In this document: piece after piece, positions 1 through 9,702 of the stretch
How positions within the stretch are numbered: the stretch's first letter is position 1
Layout: every line of letters begins with the position of its first letter
NCBI GenBank assembly: GCA_050015075.1
Contig: JBEKCB010000017.1
Coordinates: 1-64,000 of the forward strand
From: Candidatus Brocadiia bacterium
GTDB taxonomy: Bacteria > Planctomycetota > Brocadiia > CAIUPP01
Reading direction: 5' to 3'
DNA: 64,000 nucleotides
The notes under the pieces: generated by a model
The model's input: the letters and a program-made list of their open reading frames with translations, nothing else
The model's database searches: none
Told to the model about the DNA's origin: nothing
Made by a program: the position numbers and the translations under genes

Positions 1-647
1 CCACCGAGGACATCGGCCTGCCGCACGGGTTCATGTTCCTCCGATTGACCGACCTGCGCGGCTATGAAGAGGCGATGCTCGACTTCGCCGAGGAACCGCC
101 GGAGCTGCAGAAACTCATCGCCATCGTTCTGGAATACAACCTGCGGCAGGTGCAGATCGCCCTCGCAGAGAAAAAGCCCGGCGAGATGATATTCTTTGGC
201 GACGACCTCGGCACCCAGCATGCCCTGCCCATCAGCCCGGCCACGTGGCGCAAGTATCTCAAACCCTGCTATGCGAAGATTTACGGTCTCTGCCGCGCCG
301 CCGGACACCCCGTTTACATGCATAGCGACGGTCACATCTACGAGATCATCCCCGACCTCATCGAATGTGGCGTCAACGTCATCAACCCTCAGTTCCGTGC
401 CAACGGCCTGGATAACCTGGCGCGTGTCTGCAAAGGCAAGGTCTGCGTTGATCTTGACCTTGACCGACAGCTTTTCCCCTTCTGCACTCCCGCCGACATT
501 GATGCCCACGTGCGCGAAGCCGTCGAAATCCTCGGCTCGGCCGAAGGTGGCCTATGGCTCAAGGCTGAAATTGACGACGGGGTGCCCCTGGAGATTATCG
601 AGGCCATCGCTGTGGCGCTGGAGAAGTACCGCACCTATTTTGCCTGA
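1..647 (+). CDS. Uroporphyrinogen decarboxylase (URO-D/MtaA) family protein, 5'-truncated by window edge
   Basis: Motifs FFGDDLGTQ, HSDGHIYEIIPDLIECGV and DLDRQ; the frame is open back to the window start. Confidence 0.85.
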   Translation, partial: TEDIGLPHGFMFLRLTDLRGYEEAMLDFAEEPPELQKLIAIVLEYNLRQVQIALAEKKPGEMIFFGDDLGTQHALPISPATWRKYLKPCYAKIYGLCRAAGHPVYMHSDGHIYEIIPDLIECGVNVINPQFRANGLDNLARVCKGKVCVDLDLDRQLFPFCTPADIDAHVREAVEILGSAEGGLWLKAEIDDGVPLEIIEAIAVALEKYRTYFA

Positions 648-878
648 GGCGGGCGCAACCATGAATATGGAGAACCTGTGAGTCAACCGATATGACCTCG
701 CGCGAACGCATGATGATCGTCTTGAGCCAGGCGCCCGCTGGACGATCAGCTTCGGCCAGGGCTGAATAGGCCCGGGTCTCAGAAGCAGGAAACATGGCCG
801 GCCATCCCACACCTGCGACAAACCGCTCCGGCTCCTCTTTCCCATCAGACGCGCGAGGGGCGCGCGCGCGACTTCTTC

Positions 879-907
879 TTGACAAGCGGGATTTTGGTGG
901 TCAGAAT
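879..907 (+). promoter_or_regulatory. Putative sigma70 promoter
   Basis: TTGACA-17 bp-CAGAAT upstream of the lyase-like gene. Confidence 0.45.
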
Positions 908-981
908 GCGACTTTCTATGGCTGGACGTCATGTGGGCGCATGGGCAAGTTCCGCGCAACATAAACGCCGAGCGTACAAAC

Positions 982-3078
982 ATGAACGTTGCACTCAAGA
1001 CACTCCTGCCGGTCATGACGGTGACAGCGCTGCTCGTCGCCGGGAATCTGGTCTACGGGCAGGCTCCGGCTGCGCCGGCGCCCGCGGTTGTGCCGGGGCT
1101 GACGCTGGCCGACGACCTGAAGACTGTTGCGGCGCCACTCGTGCCCGGCTATGCGGCGAAGCACCCCCGGCTCCTGTTCGCCGCCGAGGATGTGGCAGCG
1201 CTCAAGAAGAAGGCTGAGGCGCAGCCGGAGCTCTGGGCGGGGGTCCTCGACAGCGCCAAGGGCGTCGCCGCGGCGCCGCCGGCACCGGATATGGTCACGA
1301 GCGGCAGAACCTACTGGCGTATCGAGCGCGTCGAGTCCGGCGCTCTGGCCTATCTCGTAACCGGGGAGAAACGCTATCTCGACGGCGCCGCCGCCTGGAT
1401 GATCGCCCATGCGCGCGAGCCGCTCTGGGGCAACGACTACCGCCCGAACCTCGACCTGGAGGCCTCGTGGTACCTTTACCACATCGCCCTGGCCTACGAC
1501 ATGCTCTATAATGATCTCGACCCGGCTGACCGCATAATCATCCGTGACGGCCTGGCGCGGCACGCCAAGGCGATTTACGACAGCTTCGATCCGGCGACCC
1601 GCAAGAGATCCTTCCCCTTCGACCAGAATCACACCTACATTCCCGCGACGGCCCTGACGACCGCCGCGCTGGCTCTGCTCGGCGATGTGCCCGAAGCTCA
1701 GGCCTGGCTGAATCGGGCGTATGCCGTCATGCGCCGCTGCCGCTATGCCCTCGGCGAAGATGGCTACTATTACGAAGGTTGCGGTTACTGGAGCTATGCC
1801 CTGCAGTGGCACGTGCGTTACGCCGACCTGATCTCCCGGGCCACCGGCGAGAAAGCCTTCGACCTGCCGGTGCTGCGGGATAGCTGGAAGTTCGCCCTTT
1901 ACCTCAGCCTGCCGGGCGCGCCGTACGAGTTCGATATCGGCGACGTCGGCAGGTGGACCGGCACGCAGCGTCCGGCCCTGTTACCCAACAGCTTCGCCAT
2001 GCTCTGGGGCGAGGCAGCGGTCTTGAGGAGCGGCCCCGCCCGCGCCACCGGCGACCTGTACCAGGCGCGCAAGGCGGAGCACGGCTATCCGGCGGCGGCC
2101 TTCCTGTGGTTCGATGCGACTGTTCCGCCGACTCCGCTCGAAGAGATCAAACCGTACTTTCACTTCAGCGATCACGACGTGGTCGCCTGGCGTTCGGACT
2201 GGGGAGATGACGCCACCTGCTGCTTGTTCCGTTGCGGCCCGCCGGAGGGACACCTGGCCCTCGCCAAGCTGGCGCAGATGAAGGACTGGACTATGGACCC
2301 CGGCCACGTGCACGCCGATATCGGCAGTTTCTGGCTGTACGCAAAAAAGGCCTATCTCGCCACCGGCACCGGCTATACCAGCCTTAAGTGGACGCGCGAC
2401 CAGAACACCCTGCTGGTTGACGGCCAGGGCCAGGCCACGGACGGCTCGTACTGGAACGCGCTTGGTTTTCCCTATGAGAAGCTCAACCAGGCCAGAATTG
2501 ACCGCGTCCACCTCGCCGACGATTACGGCTTTGCCTCGGGCGAGTTCGGAGCGGTCTACGACCGCGTGGCTCACGATCTGAGCCTGCGGCGGAGCGTGCT
2601 TATGACCCAACGCTGGCTGCTGGTCGTAGACGAGATGGCGGCGCCGGCGGAGCACAAGTTGACTTGGATCTGTCACGCCGACGGCGAGTTCAAACCGGCA
2701 GGCGCAGCCCAAGTCGCCCGCGTGGCCAAGGCCGGGCTGGCAGTGCTCACCCTCGGCGGAGCGGCCACCGAACCGGCCATGGGGCCGAGCACGGTTGACG
2801 CCGGCGAAGGGGTGAATGAGAAACTGCCGGTAGTGCGCGGCTACCAGTTGACGTTGACGATGAAGCAGCCTGCAAAGGCGGCGCGGCTCGTAAACCTGCT
2901 GATCCCCCTGGGTGACCGCGAAGAGCCACCCGAGGTCAAGGCCGCTTCCTGCGACGGCGATACCATTAGCTTCGCACTTGCCTGGCCCACCGGCCAGGCT
3001 GAGACGGTGCAACTGGATCTCAAACCCTTCCAGCCCGCGGCCGGCGCCCCGGGCCCGGCGAAGATCACGGTCAAGTAG
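982..3078 (+). CDS. Secreted heparinase II/III-like (DUF4962-type) polysaccharide lyase
   Basis: Signal peptide; KHPRLLF, QNH, DGYYYEG-x-YWSY, AWRSDW, GHVHAD-GSF and NTLLVDGQGQ motifs. Confidence 0.75.
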   Translation: MNVALKTLLPVMTVTALLVAGNLVYGQAPAAPAPAVVPGLTLADDLKTVAAPLVPGYAAKHPRLLFAAEDVAALKKKAEAQPELWAGVLDSAKGVAAAPPAPDMVTSGRTYWRIERVESGALAYLVTGEKRYLDGAAAWMIAHAREPLWGNDYRPNLDLEASWYLYHIALAYDMLYNDLDPADRIIIRDGLARHAKAIYDSFDPATRKRSFPFDQNHTYIPATALTTAALALLGDVPEAQAWLNRAYAVMRRCRYALGEDGYYYEGCGYWSYALQWHVRYADLISRATGEKAFDLPVLRDSWKFALYLSLPGAPYEFDIGDVGRWTGTQRPALLPNSFAMLWGEAAVLRSGPARATGDLYQARKAEHGYPAAAFLWFDATVPPTPLEEIKPYFHFSDHDVVAWRSDWGDDATCCLFRCGPPEGHLALAKLAQMKDWTMDPGHVHADIGSFWLYAKKAYLATGTGYTSLKWTRDQNTLLVDGQGQATDGSYWNALGFPYEKLNQARIDRVHLADDYGFASGEFGAVYDRVAHDLSLRRSVLMTQRWLLVVDEMAAPAEHKLTWICHADGEFKPAGAAQVARVAKAGLAVLTLGGAATEPAMGPSTVDAGEGVNEKLPVVRGYQLTLTMKQPAKAARLVNLLIPLGDREEPPEVKAASCDGDTISFALAWPTGQAETVQLDLKPFQPAAGAPGPAKITVK

Positions 3079-3368
3079 GAGGCTGACAAGAGCTTGGCCG
3101 GACGGTCGGGAGCATGGTGATCGTGCGCCGTACGCCACTCCACCGCGTCGGGCGACCTGAAGACGTTGCGGATGTCATTGTTTATCTGGCCTCTGAACAA
3201 GCCCGGTGGCTGACAGGGCAACTCCTGTACGTCGGTGGTGGTTACAGGATGTCTCAGTGATACTGGGCCTTAGAAGTAAGGGATCGGCAAAATCCAGACG
3301 AACCCTCACCGGTTAGTAAAGACAGGATACGGCGCTTCGATCAGGCTCGTCCCGGCCGGCTGCACCGG

Positions 3369-4115
3369 CTAGACGACTGATACCTCCAACCCTTCCGGAT
3401 CGAAGATCACGTTCACGCTCGCGCGGCAATTCGCCGGGTCGCGGACGAAGTCCAGGTAGAACTTCAGCCGCTCGAAGCAGTTGACGCTGTTGTGGGCGAG
3501 AATAACGCTTCTCGGCGGCATGCGGGCGATGCAGGCTTCAAGGATGTCGAGATAAACTCCCTTGCCCCTGTCGCCGGTGCCATCCGCGTCGAGGTAGAGC
3601 AGGTTGATCCGGCCCTCGAAATCCCGCACGACATCCACCGCGTCGGCAGCGACGATTCGAGCGACTCCCGAGGGATCAATGCGCCGGATGTTCCGCTCGG
3701 CGCGCTCGGCCTCCTCGGGCTTGATCTCGATGCCGAGCAGGTTCTCCGCCGTGTAGCACGCGCCCGGTCCGACCGCCGCTCCCGCGTTCGAGATGAACGT
3801 GTTGCCGCAGTAGACGCCGGCGGCGATCATATTGGCCGGTCTGGTGATCGCGTTGATCGCCCATATCAGCCGGTGCATCCGTGGAGTGATCGCCGTCCAG
3901 GGGATTTCGAACAGGTCGCGCACGGCCGCCCGATGAGCGAGAAACTTGTCCTGGTCATATCCCGTGTGCGGGAGGATGCCCGCCTCCGCCAGCATTCGCA
4001 GCGCCCCGTCCACGACGGCAATCTCCTGCGAGATCGGCTCCAGCGACTCGTGCGGCCGCCGCACGTCCATGCGGTATGTTTTCCAGTCAGGGGTTTGGTA
4101 TGTGCCTGGCAACAC
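3369..4115 (-). CDS. Class I SAM-dependent methyltransferase-like protein (start uncertain)
   Basis: AAGVYCGNT, LGIEI, ADAVD, INLLYLDAD and VILAHNS pattern of the Methyltransf_24/O-methyltransferase fold. Confidence 0.65.
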   Translation of the reverse strand: MLPGTYQTPDWKTYRMDVRRPHESLEPISQEIAVVDGALRMLAEAGILPHTGYDQDKFLAHRAAVRDLFEIPWTAITPRMHRLIWAINAITRPANMIAAGVYCGNTFISNAGAAVGPGACYTAENLLGIEIKPEEAERAERNIRRIDPSGVARIVAADAVDVVRDFEGRINLLYLDADGTGDRGKGVYLDILEACIARMPPRSVILAHNSVNCFERLKFYLDFVRDPANCRASVNVIFDPEGLEVSVV

Positions 4116-4230
4116 TGACGCCTCGAAAATTGGAGAACTCCGTATGGACATACAGCCGCAACAGGATGGTAACACCCTGCCTGCGTCACTGCAATCCGTC
4201 AGGGTTCAAGCTTTTGGGAAAAGGGTGCTC

Positions 4231-4381
4231 ACCCCGATCCGGGTGGCGTGCCAGAACACGCTCACGATGGCGTTGAACCGGCGGAGCACGGTCCGGGTGA
4301 CGCACACGGGGAACCCCACGGCCGTGCAGAAACTCGCGCGGCACTCCGAGCGCCACGGTCAACTGACTGCCCAACTGACTG
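4231..4381 (+). pseudogene. Chimeric remnant of an older element: DUF932-like fragment joined to a tyrosine-integrase C-terminal fragment
   Basis: One frame reads TPIRVACQNTLTMAL...VTHTG (DUF932-like) then NPTAVQKLARHS (compare HPKVAQALARHS in the intact integrase), followed by CAACTGACTG twice (4360, 4372). Confidence 0.55.
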
Positions 4382-4456
4382 ATTCAGGTTCCAAAAGGGC
4401 ATTTCGAGGCACGTAGTGGCACAGGTGGCGAGCGGTAAGGCAAAGTCGGCGGAGGA

Positions 4457-4502
4457 CACAAAAGGCCCGGAATCACAGGCGCAGCCTGGTAATTCCGAGC
4501 CC
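4457..4502 (-). terminator. Imperfect hairpin with U-tract downstream of the tRNA 3'-end copy
   Basis: Minus strand GGCTCGGAATTACCAGGC-TGC-GCCTGTGATTCCGGGCC followed by TTTTGTGT. Confidence 0.5.
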
Positions 4503-4508
4503 GCAGAT

Positions 4509-4558
4509 TTGGAGGCGGCGCCCGGATTCGAACCGGGGATGACGGTTTTGCAAACCGT
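4509..4558. repeat. att site: 50-bp duplicate of the tRNA-Cys 3' end
   Basis: TTGGAGGCGGCGCCCGGATTCGAACCGGGGATGACGGTTTTGCAAACCGT is identical to 46385-46434; the 5' part of the tRNA is absent here. Confidence 0.97.
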
Positions 4559-4602
4559 ACCCAATCCTGGAATTCCCACAGAAAAGGCCGCCTGCTCGTC
4601 CT

Positions 4603-4619
4603 CCACTGCACATTTCCTG
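4603..4619 (+). repeat. Putative integrase arm-type site
   Basis: CCACTGCACATTTCCTG matches CCACTGCACGTTTTCTG at 46236-46252 (15/17); the two would flank the core in attP. Confidence 0.6.
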
Positions 4620-4826
4620 ACGCCGGAGCTCAAGGAGATCGGAGCGGCCTGGCCGAAGCTCCCGGAACCGCTCCGCGCCGGCATCCTGGCGATGGTCCGG
4701 GCGGCGCTGTGAAGGTAAGGCCGCCAGCGGCGCGCCAACTTTACGTATTTTACGACCTGCCCTCGCCCGCTCGAGCTGGGTGCCGTAGAGGGCGCAAACG
4801 GACAAGAAAGGCCAAGCCGGGCGAGA

Positions 4827-4859
4827 AAAGTGGATACAAAGTGGACACAAAGTGGACAC
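4827..4859 (+). repeat. 3 x 11-bp tandem repeat (arm-site-like)
   Basis: AAAGTGGATAC AAAGTGGACAC AAAGTGGACAC. Confidence 0.8.
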
Positions 4860-5070
4860 GGATTTCGCCCAAGGAGCGTTCGGTGAAGGCGGAGCCGAAG
4901 CCGCCCGCGCCGATCCGCGTCGGCATCTTGGCGATGGTGAAGGCAACTGGGCCACGGCAAGGTGATCGGCATCTGGGGTCCCATGGCGTCAGTATCTCGT
5001 GACACGACGGAAAGGATGACGGCGGCGAGCAAAGCTGTGACGCGTGCGCCTTTCTCTCCGGCTACGACGG

Positions 5071-5098
5071 TTGACATGTCAGACCCATAGGCTATACT
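5071..5098 (+). promoter_or_regulatory. Putative sigma70 promoter
   Basis: TTGACA-16 bp-TATACT just upstream of the RBS and ATG 5113. Confidence 0.65.
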
Positions 5099-5112
5099 GG
5101 GCAGGATTCATC

Positions 5113-8100
5113 ATGGCCTCCAGGAAACGAAACGAGCGCATGGTGGTGACCGGCACACTCGAAGCGCTTGGCTACCTCAGGTCTCCGAACTTCCTGTCCC
5201 GTGACGGAAACGATCTGGAACGGGTCGTGGAGTACGCCCATATCTTCCGTAGGGCGATCAGCGACTGCGCCCTCCAAGGGGTGTACGTGTTGCGTGATCC
5301 TTCCGGTGATGCAGCACGCTCGGTCGTCCCCGTTGTCTATGTGTGTCAAGCGGGTTCGGATGCGGAGACTGATCGAATTCACCGCTTGGTCTGGAATCAG
5401 AACGTGGTTCCGTTTCTGCTCATCCAGACCCCTGATCACATCAACTTTTGCTCAGGGTTCCGTTATTATCGGCCTTTACCTGCGGAACCGCAGTCGGACG
5501 CCGCTCGCGGCGTGCTGGGTGCCTGCATCGCATTCAATGAAGTTGCGTCTTACTTGCGGGGACTCAGTGCTGATTCCATCGATGACGGATCGGTCTGGAG
5601 CCTGTGGGGAAACGAGGTCACCGCCGAGAGCCGGGTTGACTGGCAGTTGTTGGATAACCTGGAGAAGCTTGATCTCTGGCTCCGTCGGAAGGGGCTGGAG
5701 AAACCGGTCGCTCACGCCCTCATTGGGAAGTATGTCTACCTGAGATATCTGAAGGATCGAGACATCCTCTCCGACCGCAAGCTAGCCAGGTGGGACATTC
5801 AGTCGAAGCAGGTCTTCAGTCGAAACGCCACGCTTACGGCGTTCCATGATCTCAACGCGCGTCTTGACGACTGGCTCAACGGTTCCGTCTTCCCTCTGGC
5901 CAGTTCAGATCGAGGGACCATTAAGTCAGAACACCTACAGGGGGTCGCTGGCGCCTTTGCCGGCGATGAGCCGGTCTCCGGCCAACTACACCTGGACTTC
6001 GAAGCGTATGACTTCTCCCATATTCCAATAGAAACACTCTCCGTGATTTACCAGCAGTTCTTGCACACGCCAGAGCGTGAGGGAGAGGCGTCAAGGGGCA
6101 GGCAGGCTGGCGCGTATTACACGCCCATCCCCTTGGTCAACTTCATGCTTGACAAACTTGACAGTCAGCATGCACTCAAGGATGGGATGAAGGTTCTCGA
6201 CCCAGCCTGTGGTTCTGGAGCCTTCCTGGTCCAGTGTTATCGGCGTTTGATCGAGCGACGCCGTTCGCGCCAAGGCGAGACTCGACTTCGGCCTACCGAG
6301 CTTCGGGAGATTCTCCAGGGGCATATTTATGGAGTTGACCGGGACGGGGATGCCTGTGGCGTGGCGGAGTTGAGTCTAATCCTGACCTTGCTTGATTATG
6401 TGATCCCGCCGGACTTGGAGAACACTTCGTTCAAGCTTCCGGCACTCCGGGACGCGAATATCTTTGAGGCTGACTTTTTCGACCCTGATTCCGTCTGGAC
6501 GAGATCGGCGGCGAGACTGGATTTCGACTGGATTGTGGGCAATCCGCCGTGGCTGCCGCTCACCCGTGCCAATGCCACGACAGAAAACTCTAATGCTTGG
6601 CAGTGGATGCAGGAACACGCGAGCGAGTTCCCTGTGGGTGGTCATCAGCTGGCTGAAGCGTTCGCATGGAAGGTGTTGTCGCATGTCAGGCCTGACGGCG
6701 TGGTTGGACTCGTCCTGCCTGCCACGACGCTCTTCAAGAGTGAGTCACGTCAGTTTCGAACTGGATTGTTCACACGAACACGAACCTGGTGCGTAGCCAA
6801 CTTCGCCAACATGGTTTATGTGCTGTTTGCCTGCCGTTCACAACGGCCTGCTGCCGCATTCTTTTACCAATTGCGCGACAGCATCGCGAGCCCGGACTTG
6901 GAGAAGGAGACCATAGTCACGTATGCGCCATTTGTGGCAAACCAGCAGGCCAATCGGTCACCTCGGCCAGGTCGACAGCAAGAAACATGGAATATTGTTG
7001 TGAATGCCAGTGAATTGCGATGTCTCGCCACGAAGACCATAACCGGTGGTGAGGCATTGCCCTGGAAACTGGCAATGTGGGGGTCGCATCGTGACGGCAG
7101 GTTGCTACAGGTGTTGAAACGGCGTTTTCCGGCACTGGACGATTTCGCCCAGACTCATGGCTTGCAGTGTGGCAAGGGCCTTGAACTGCGTCACGCCTCC
7201 AGCAGGGAGGAGAAGGTGTTTTGCCCGGACATCGTTGGGAAGCCCTCCGTGGACTTCACTCGCCTACGTGAGTGCGGTCGAATCTTTGCGTTCCCTCCCG
7301 ACGTACTTCAACCCATCCCGCGGGATCGCGCCTACGTAAGGTTACGAGGAGGTATGCAAGGGCTAACGGTGTCTAAGCCGCCTCACATCCTTGTTGACGC
7401 TTCCAGAAGATTCGCTGTCTATGCCGACGAGTTCATCCATGTCCCTTCGGGGCAGCAAGGAATCTCCGCGCCGAAGGAGCAAGACAGAACGCTCAGGGCG
7501 CTGGCGCTGTATCTGAGCTCTCAATTTGCGACCTACCATCAGTTCTTCATGTCGCCAGAATGGGGGGTGGATAGTAATCGAGCTACTCTGGATGCACTAC
7601 TGCAGCTGCCCGTCCCTTTGGATTTCTTGTCTGTAGGCGACCTGCAACGGTGGATTGATCTGCACGCGGCACTCGTAACGGTGTCGAGGAATGTCTCCTC
7701 TTTGCCGCCACTGTCTGACCCGAGGCAGAGGGCGCATGCAGAGAGCGAACTCCGACGGTTGCTGGAGAGATTGAATCAGGAAGTTTACCAGGCTCTGTCT
7801 CTCGATGAGAGTGAGCGTATTCTTGTCGAGGATTTCGTGAACGTCCGCATGAAACTGATCAAAGGCAAGGTCAGTGAGGACGCCGTAACAGCGCCGTCCA
7901 CGCAAGTGATGCAGTCGTACCTATCTGCGCTGCAGCAAGACCTCGATGGGTTTGTTGCCGACCAACGAGGCATGCGGCATAGTGTGGTCGCCCTTCATGA
8001 TGAGCGGTCTGCGATGATTTGTGTGGAACTGCGCAAAGGCCGGAAGAACCCCGTCCCGCCGCGCGTCATTAGGGCGGATGCCTCAGAAGTGTGCGCATTG

Positions 8101-8289
8101 GAAAGAACACGGCACAATCTACAGGCACGGCACAGCCAATGGGTTTACTTCGACCGCAGCTTGCGCATCTATGAGGGCACGCGAACCTATCTATTCAAGC
8201 CCATGCAGCGCATGCTCTGGACGAAAACCCAAGCGTTTGCCGACGCGGATGAGATCATCGCTGAAACGCTCACTGGGGCGGGGGGCTGA
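5113..8289 (+). CDS. N6-adenine DNA methyltransferase (type IIG/Eco57I-like, gamma class)
   Basis: GAYYTP, VLDPACGSGAFL, IYGVD and IVGNPPW motifs followed by a TRD-like region. Confidence 0.9.
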   Translation: MASRKRNERMVVTGTLEALGYLRSPNFLSRDGNDLERVVEYAHIFRRAISDCALQGVYVLRDPSGDAARSVVPVVYVCQAGSDAETDRIHRLVWNQNVVPFLLIQTPDHINFCSGFRYYRPLPAEPQSDAARGVLGACIAFNEVASYLRGLSADSIDDGSVWSLWGNEVTAESRVDWQLLDNLEKLDLWLRRKGLEKPVAHALIGKYVYLRYLKDRDILSDRKLARWDIQSKQVFSRNATLTAFHDLNARLDDWLNGSVFPLASSDRGTIKSEHLQGVAGAFAGDEPVSGQLHLDFEAYDFSHIPIETLSVIYQQFLHTPEREGEASRGRQAGAYYTPIPLVNFMLDKLDSQHALKDGMKVLDPACGSGAFLVQCYRRLIERRRSRQGETRLRPTELREILQGHIYGVDRDGDACGVAELSLILTLLDYVIPPDLENTSFKLPALRDANIFEADFFDPDSVWTRSAARLDFDWIVGNPPWLPLTRANATTENSNAWQWMQEHASEFPVGGHQLAEAFAWKVLSHVRPDGVVGLVLPATTLFKSESRQFRTGLFTRTRTWCVANFANMVYVLFACRSQRPAAAFFYQLRDSIASPDLEKETIVTYAPFVANQQANRSPRPGRQQETWNIVVNASELRCLATKTITGGEALPWKLAMWGSHRDGRLLQVLKRRFPALDDFAQTHGLQCGKGLELRHASSREEKVFCPDIVGKPSVDFTRLRECGRIFAFPPDVLQPIPRDRAYVRLRGGMQGLTVSKPPHILVDASRRFAVYADEFIHVPSGQQGISAPKEQDRTLRALALYLSSQFATYHQFFMSPEWGVDSNRATLDALLQLPVPLDFLSVGDLQRWIDLHAALVTVSRNVSSLPPLSDPRQRAHAESELRRLLERLNQEVYQALSLDESERILVEDFVNVRMKLIKGKVSEDAVTAPSTQVMQSYLSALQQDLDGFVADQRGMRHSVVALHDERSAMICVELRKGRKNPVPPRVIRADASEVCALERTRHNLQARHSQWVYFDRSLRIYEGTRTYLFKPMQRMLWTKTQAFADADEIIAETLTGAGG

Positions 8290-8958
8290 ATGGCGATACG
8301 CTCCAGGGCCATGAGACCTCTCGGACAGTCGGCCAAACGCACGGTTTATACCGCGAGCTTTCGCCGTCACGTCCACTTGTTGGTCGGCATGGGCTATGAT
8401 CGCCTTGTGCCTCCCACGTACCAGACAAGCGAAGAGACTGCGATCACGGGGGAACTCGTTGATGCCATGCGCGCGGCGATGGCAGAGGTGACCGCTCCCG
8501 TATGGGTTGGTCATTACACAATTCACGATGACCCGCCGTTGAGTCTCGGAGGGCGGCTCGGCAAGCACCGGCAGCGGGTGGACATTGAATTCGAGCGCGT
8601 AATCCTTGGCAAACGCCCTCGGTTCCAGTTTGAAGCGAAGCGTCTGTGCGACCACTCGACGGACTCAGATTATTGTGGAGAGAATGGCCTTGGCTGTTTC
8701 TTGTCCGGGGAGTATGCTCCTGAACACAGAGAAGCCGGGATGCTCGGTTATGTGCAAACGCAGGACGAACCGACGTGGGCAACGCGGATCAAAGTTCGAC
8801 TGCAAGCGGAACCAAAGAAGTTTCAGCTTCGTCCGAATGGTGGCTGGAAGCGAGTACAGACTGATTCTGGCCTTTCCTTCACGTACAGGACGCGGCATGG
8901 CCGAAAGAATAAGTTGGGGCCCATTACGATTTCGCACGTTCTCCTCCGCTTTCATTGA
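8290..8958 (+). CDS. PD-(D/E)xK nuclease-like partner of the methylase
   Basis: E...RVDIEF...FEAKRL, then G-x-x-x-F-x-x-G-x-Y and GMLGYV; abuts the methylase stop. Confidence 0.7.
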   Translation: MAIRSRAMRPLGQSAKRTVYTASFRRHVHLLVGMGYDRLVPPTYQTSEETAITGELVDAMRAAMAEVTAPVWVGHYTIHDDPPLSLGGRLGKHRQRVDIEFERVILGKRPRFQFEAKRLCDHSTDSDYCGENGLGCFLSGEYAPEHREAGMLGYVQTQDEPTWATRIKVRLQAEPKKFQLRPNGGWKRVQTDSGLSFTYRTRHGRKNKLGPITISHVLLRFH

Positions 8959-9020
8959 TGAGAACATGACGACCGGCGAGCAGATCGAAGGAGAGCAACT
9001 GCTCGCTCAGGTCGCTGGGA

Positions 9021-9347
9021 TCAAAGCAAACATCGGTCAGCCGATAGGGCCTTTTCATGTTGGCTCTTGCCCTGCACGCCAAGCCGACCGAAGACCGCTT
9101 GGAGGCACAGACATACGTATTCCGCAATTTGAAACGAGCATTTTGCGACGAGAGCAAGGGTGCCCTGGCCCGCCGCACTCACGATCTGCGGCCACCGGAA
9201 CGGCGGATAGTCCGAACCGAGTTTTCCGAGCGGCACGGCCTCCCAGGCAACGACCGCTGGCGTCTGCAACGAGGCACCCCACCGGATAAGGGCGAGTGTC
9301 AGCGACTGTCCGGGTGCCCCGGCGACGTCGATCCCGAGCGAAAGCAT
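9021..9347 (-). pseudogene. Truncated RNase H-fold (DUF429-like) gene fragment
   Basis: N-terminus MLSLGIDVAG; short and degenerate. Confidence 0.3.
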
Positions 9348-9349
9348 AG

Positions 9350-9500
9350 CTGGCTTCTCTTCCAGTTCCTCGCTCCCCGGCAGAACGCCTCAATCCGGTT
9401 GCTCAAGGCACAGATCCTGATTCTGCGCCGCCGGCTTCCCGGAGCGCGTATTGTACCGGCTCCGGCTGAAAAAGCCGAATTGCTCCGACTGAATGCTGAG
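9350..9500 (+). pseudogene. Transposase (integrase-core type) N-terminal remnant
   Basis: IRLLKAQILILRRRLPGARIV-x-x-x-x-EKAELLRL resembles planctomycete transposase N-termini; no start and no catalytic domain. Confidence 0.4.
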
Positions 9501-9702
9501 TTCGCCCAGAATTCTTGTCAGCAGAGCCACAAGCCAGGTCTTACCTTGCTCGACTGCTGCTGCCACGGACTTTCGGACAACTTCAGCATGCCTGTCGGCC
9601 CACCACGGCCGCCTTCGTTAATCTCCTTGCGCCTGTCGGGGGTGCGTGATACATTGGCGCGGTCAGAGGCTCAGGGCGCAGCTCAAGGGGAAAAGGGACG
9701 CC

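Noticed and set aside
692-769. MTSRERMM... micro-ORF resembling a URO-D family N-terminus
   Set aside because: Only 25 codons and diverges at once; at best a deletion scar.
4509-4558. Second tRNA-Cys gene
   Set aside because: Only the anticodon arm to CCA is present; the D-arm and 5' acceptor strand are missing, so this is an att copy.
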